Source of the DNA: Acidimicrobiia bacterium
GTDB lineage: Bacteria; Actinomycetota; Acidimicrobiia; IMCC26256; PALSA-555
Assembly: GCA_051986275.1 (NCBI GenBank)
Contig: JBPYDT010000017.1
Location: 21,621 to 85,620, forward strand
Reading direction: 5' to 3'
Length of the DNA: 64,000 nucleotides
Every line of letters begins with the position of its first letter. The first letter of the stretch is position 1. Shown here piece by piece: positions 63,034 to 64,000 of this stretch. Under the pieces are notes generated by a model, which was given only the letters and a program-made list of their open reading frames with translations, searched no databases and had not been told where the DNA came from. Both the position numbers and the translations under genes were made by a program.

Positions 63034-63873
63034 ATGCCGACGACGCAGGCCATCCAGATACCCGGTCAGGTGCTCGACTACCTCCGGGTGCACCACATCA
63101 TCACGGTCGGGACTGCGTCGTTCACCGGGATGCCGCACGCCGCGACGATCGCGTACGCCGCCGATGCCAACGGCGTCTACTTCTCCATGCTGCCTGACGA
63201 GCTGACGTTGCGGAACATCGGAGCGAACCATTGGGCGTCGTTCACGATCGACGACTACACGCCCGACTTCCGGAAGGTGCGGGAGCTTCGGGGTGTCGGC
63301 CGCGTGACGCCGATCGCCGACGCAACGCAGTGGCGGGCCATCGCCGCCCTCTTTGCGCAGAAGCTTCCGAACCTGCCCCCCGAGTCGCTGAACAACCTTC
63401 AGTGGATCGCCCCGCTGGAGTTGCACTTCGTCGACTTTCAGTACACGGCCGGCGTGACCGTCCCACGCGAATCGAGCATCGTGTACCAGGCCGACGCGGC
63501 CACGGCCGCCACGTCACCGGTAGCGCTGAGCGCGCAGCTCGAGCACCTGGCGTTCGAGCCCGGCCAGGTGATCGTCCATCAAGGCGAGAGGTCCGACCGG
63601 TTCTTCATCGTCATCGAGGGCGAAATCGAGACTAGACGTGAAGGCCACGGCCAAGACGTCGTCGTCACGAGGCACAGCGCAGGCCAGATGTTCGGCGAGG
63701 TCGGAGCGCTCACCGGGGCCCCGCAGGCTGCGACGTTTACCGCTGTGACGAGGGCAGTGGTCCTTGCCGTCGACCGCGGCTCCTTCCAAAGCTTCGTGAC
63801 ACAGTCCGCGGCTGCCGACTTCGGCCAACGCGTGCGCGCCACGATGAGTGAGCTGCAGCGAAGCCAGTCCTGA
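63034..63873 (+). CDS. pyridoxamine 5'-phosphate oxidase-family domain fused to a cyclic-nucleotide-binding (CAP_ED-like) domain
   Basis: The N-terminus VLDYLRVHHIITVGTASFTGMPHAATIAYAADANGVYFSMLPDELTLRNI is a PNPOx-like split barrel. The C-terminus FEPGQVIVHQGERSDRFFIVIEGEIE...MFGEVGALTGAPQAATFTAVT is a cNMP-binding fold. The track start 62326 was trimmed. Confidence 0.8.
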   Translation: MPTTQAIQIPGQVLDYLRVHHIITVGTASFTGMPHAATIAYAADANGVYFSMLPDELTLRNIGANHWASFTIDDYTPDFRKVRELRGVGRVTPIADATQWRAIAALFAQKLPNLPPESLNNLQWIAPLELHFVDFQYTAGVTVPRESSIVYQADAATAATSPVALSAQLEHLAFEPGQVIVHQGERSDRFFIVIEGEIETRREGHGQDVVVTRHSAGQMFGEVGALTGAPQAATFTAVTRAVVLAVDRGSFQSFVTQSAAADFGQRVRATMSELQRSQS

Positions 63874-64000
63874 CGACGACGAGCCCGGCCGAGGCGAGAT
63901 TCGGGGCGGCGCGCCTCGCACAGCCTTTAGCAGGACGAGGCCGACGCTCGGTGCGCCCAACAAAGGGCGAAGCTGTCCTCGGGGCCCCTGCGAGACTCGT

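Overview
This is a very GC-rich, gene-dense chromosomal segment of Actinomycetota type, with third codon positions almost all G/C. I can support about 65 protein genes, five tRNAs and one gene remnant.

- **Core (about 26.7-53.4 kb, nearly all + strand):** a conserved housekeeping and cell-shape block. The order is tig-clpP-clpX-valS-folC-ndk-mreB-mreC-mreD-mrdA(PBP2)-rodA-[B12/radical-SAM protein + DUF2344 partner]-rne-rplU-rpmA-obg-proB-proA-[MoxR ATPase + CoxE-like VWA]-(ACT protein, minus strand)-nadD-rsfS. Many start/stop overlaps link these genes.
- **Left flank (1-26.7 kb), accessory:**
  - An SDR, a DUF4118-transporter fusion, and tRNA-Arg/Lys/His/Gly/Pro.
  - A LuxR-TPR regulator, DinB/TIGR03086-type proteins, and a TMEM175-type channel.
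  - A zinc-finger pair coupled to an MFS pump.
  - A five-gene MacB-type ABC operon with two dissimilar adaptors and a DUF5666-like secreted protein.
  - An exported phospho-ester scavenging cluster: PsiE, alpha/beta hydrolase, PLC/acid-phosphatase family protein, phosphodiester glycosidase.
- **Right flank (53.4-64 kb):**
  - An orphan HisH/HisF-like amidotransferase pair whose cyclase acid/base Asp appears replaced.
  - An ABC-2 exporter and a decayed YHYH-family remnant.
  - DUF1697, DinB, and two methyltransferases.
  - An ArsR-SRPBCC fusion and a coupled DUF899-DUF2182 pair.
  - A PNPOx-cNMP-binding fusion lacking the canonical phosphate-binding Arg.

I saw no rRNA, CRISPR array, transposase, integrase or phage gene.

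Most long alternative-frame and antisense ORFs in the supplied track are high-GC artefacts. Several track ORFs carry spurious N-terminal extensions, which I trimmed to motif-supported internal starts.

All family names come from motif recognition by eye and need HMM confirmation.
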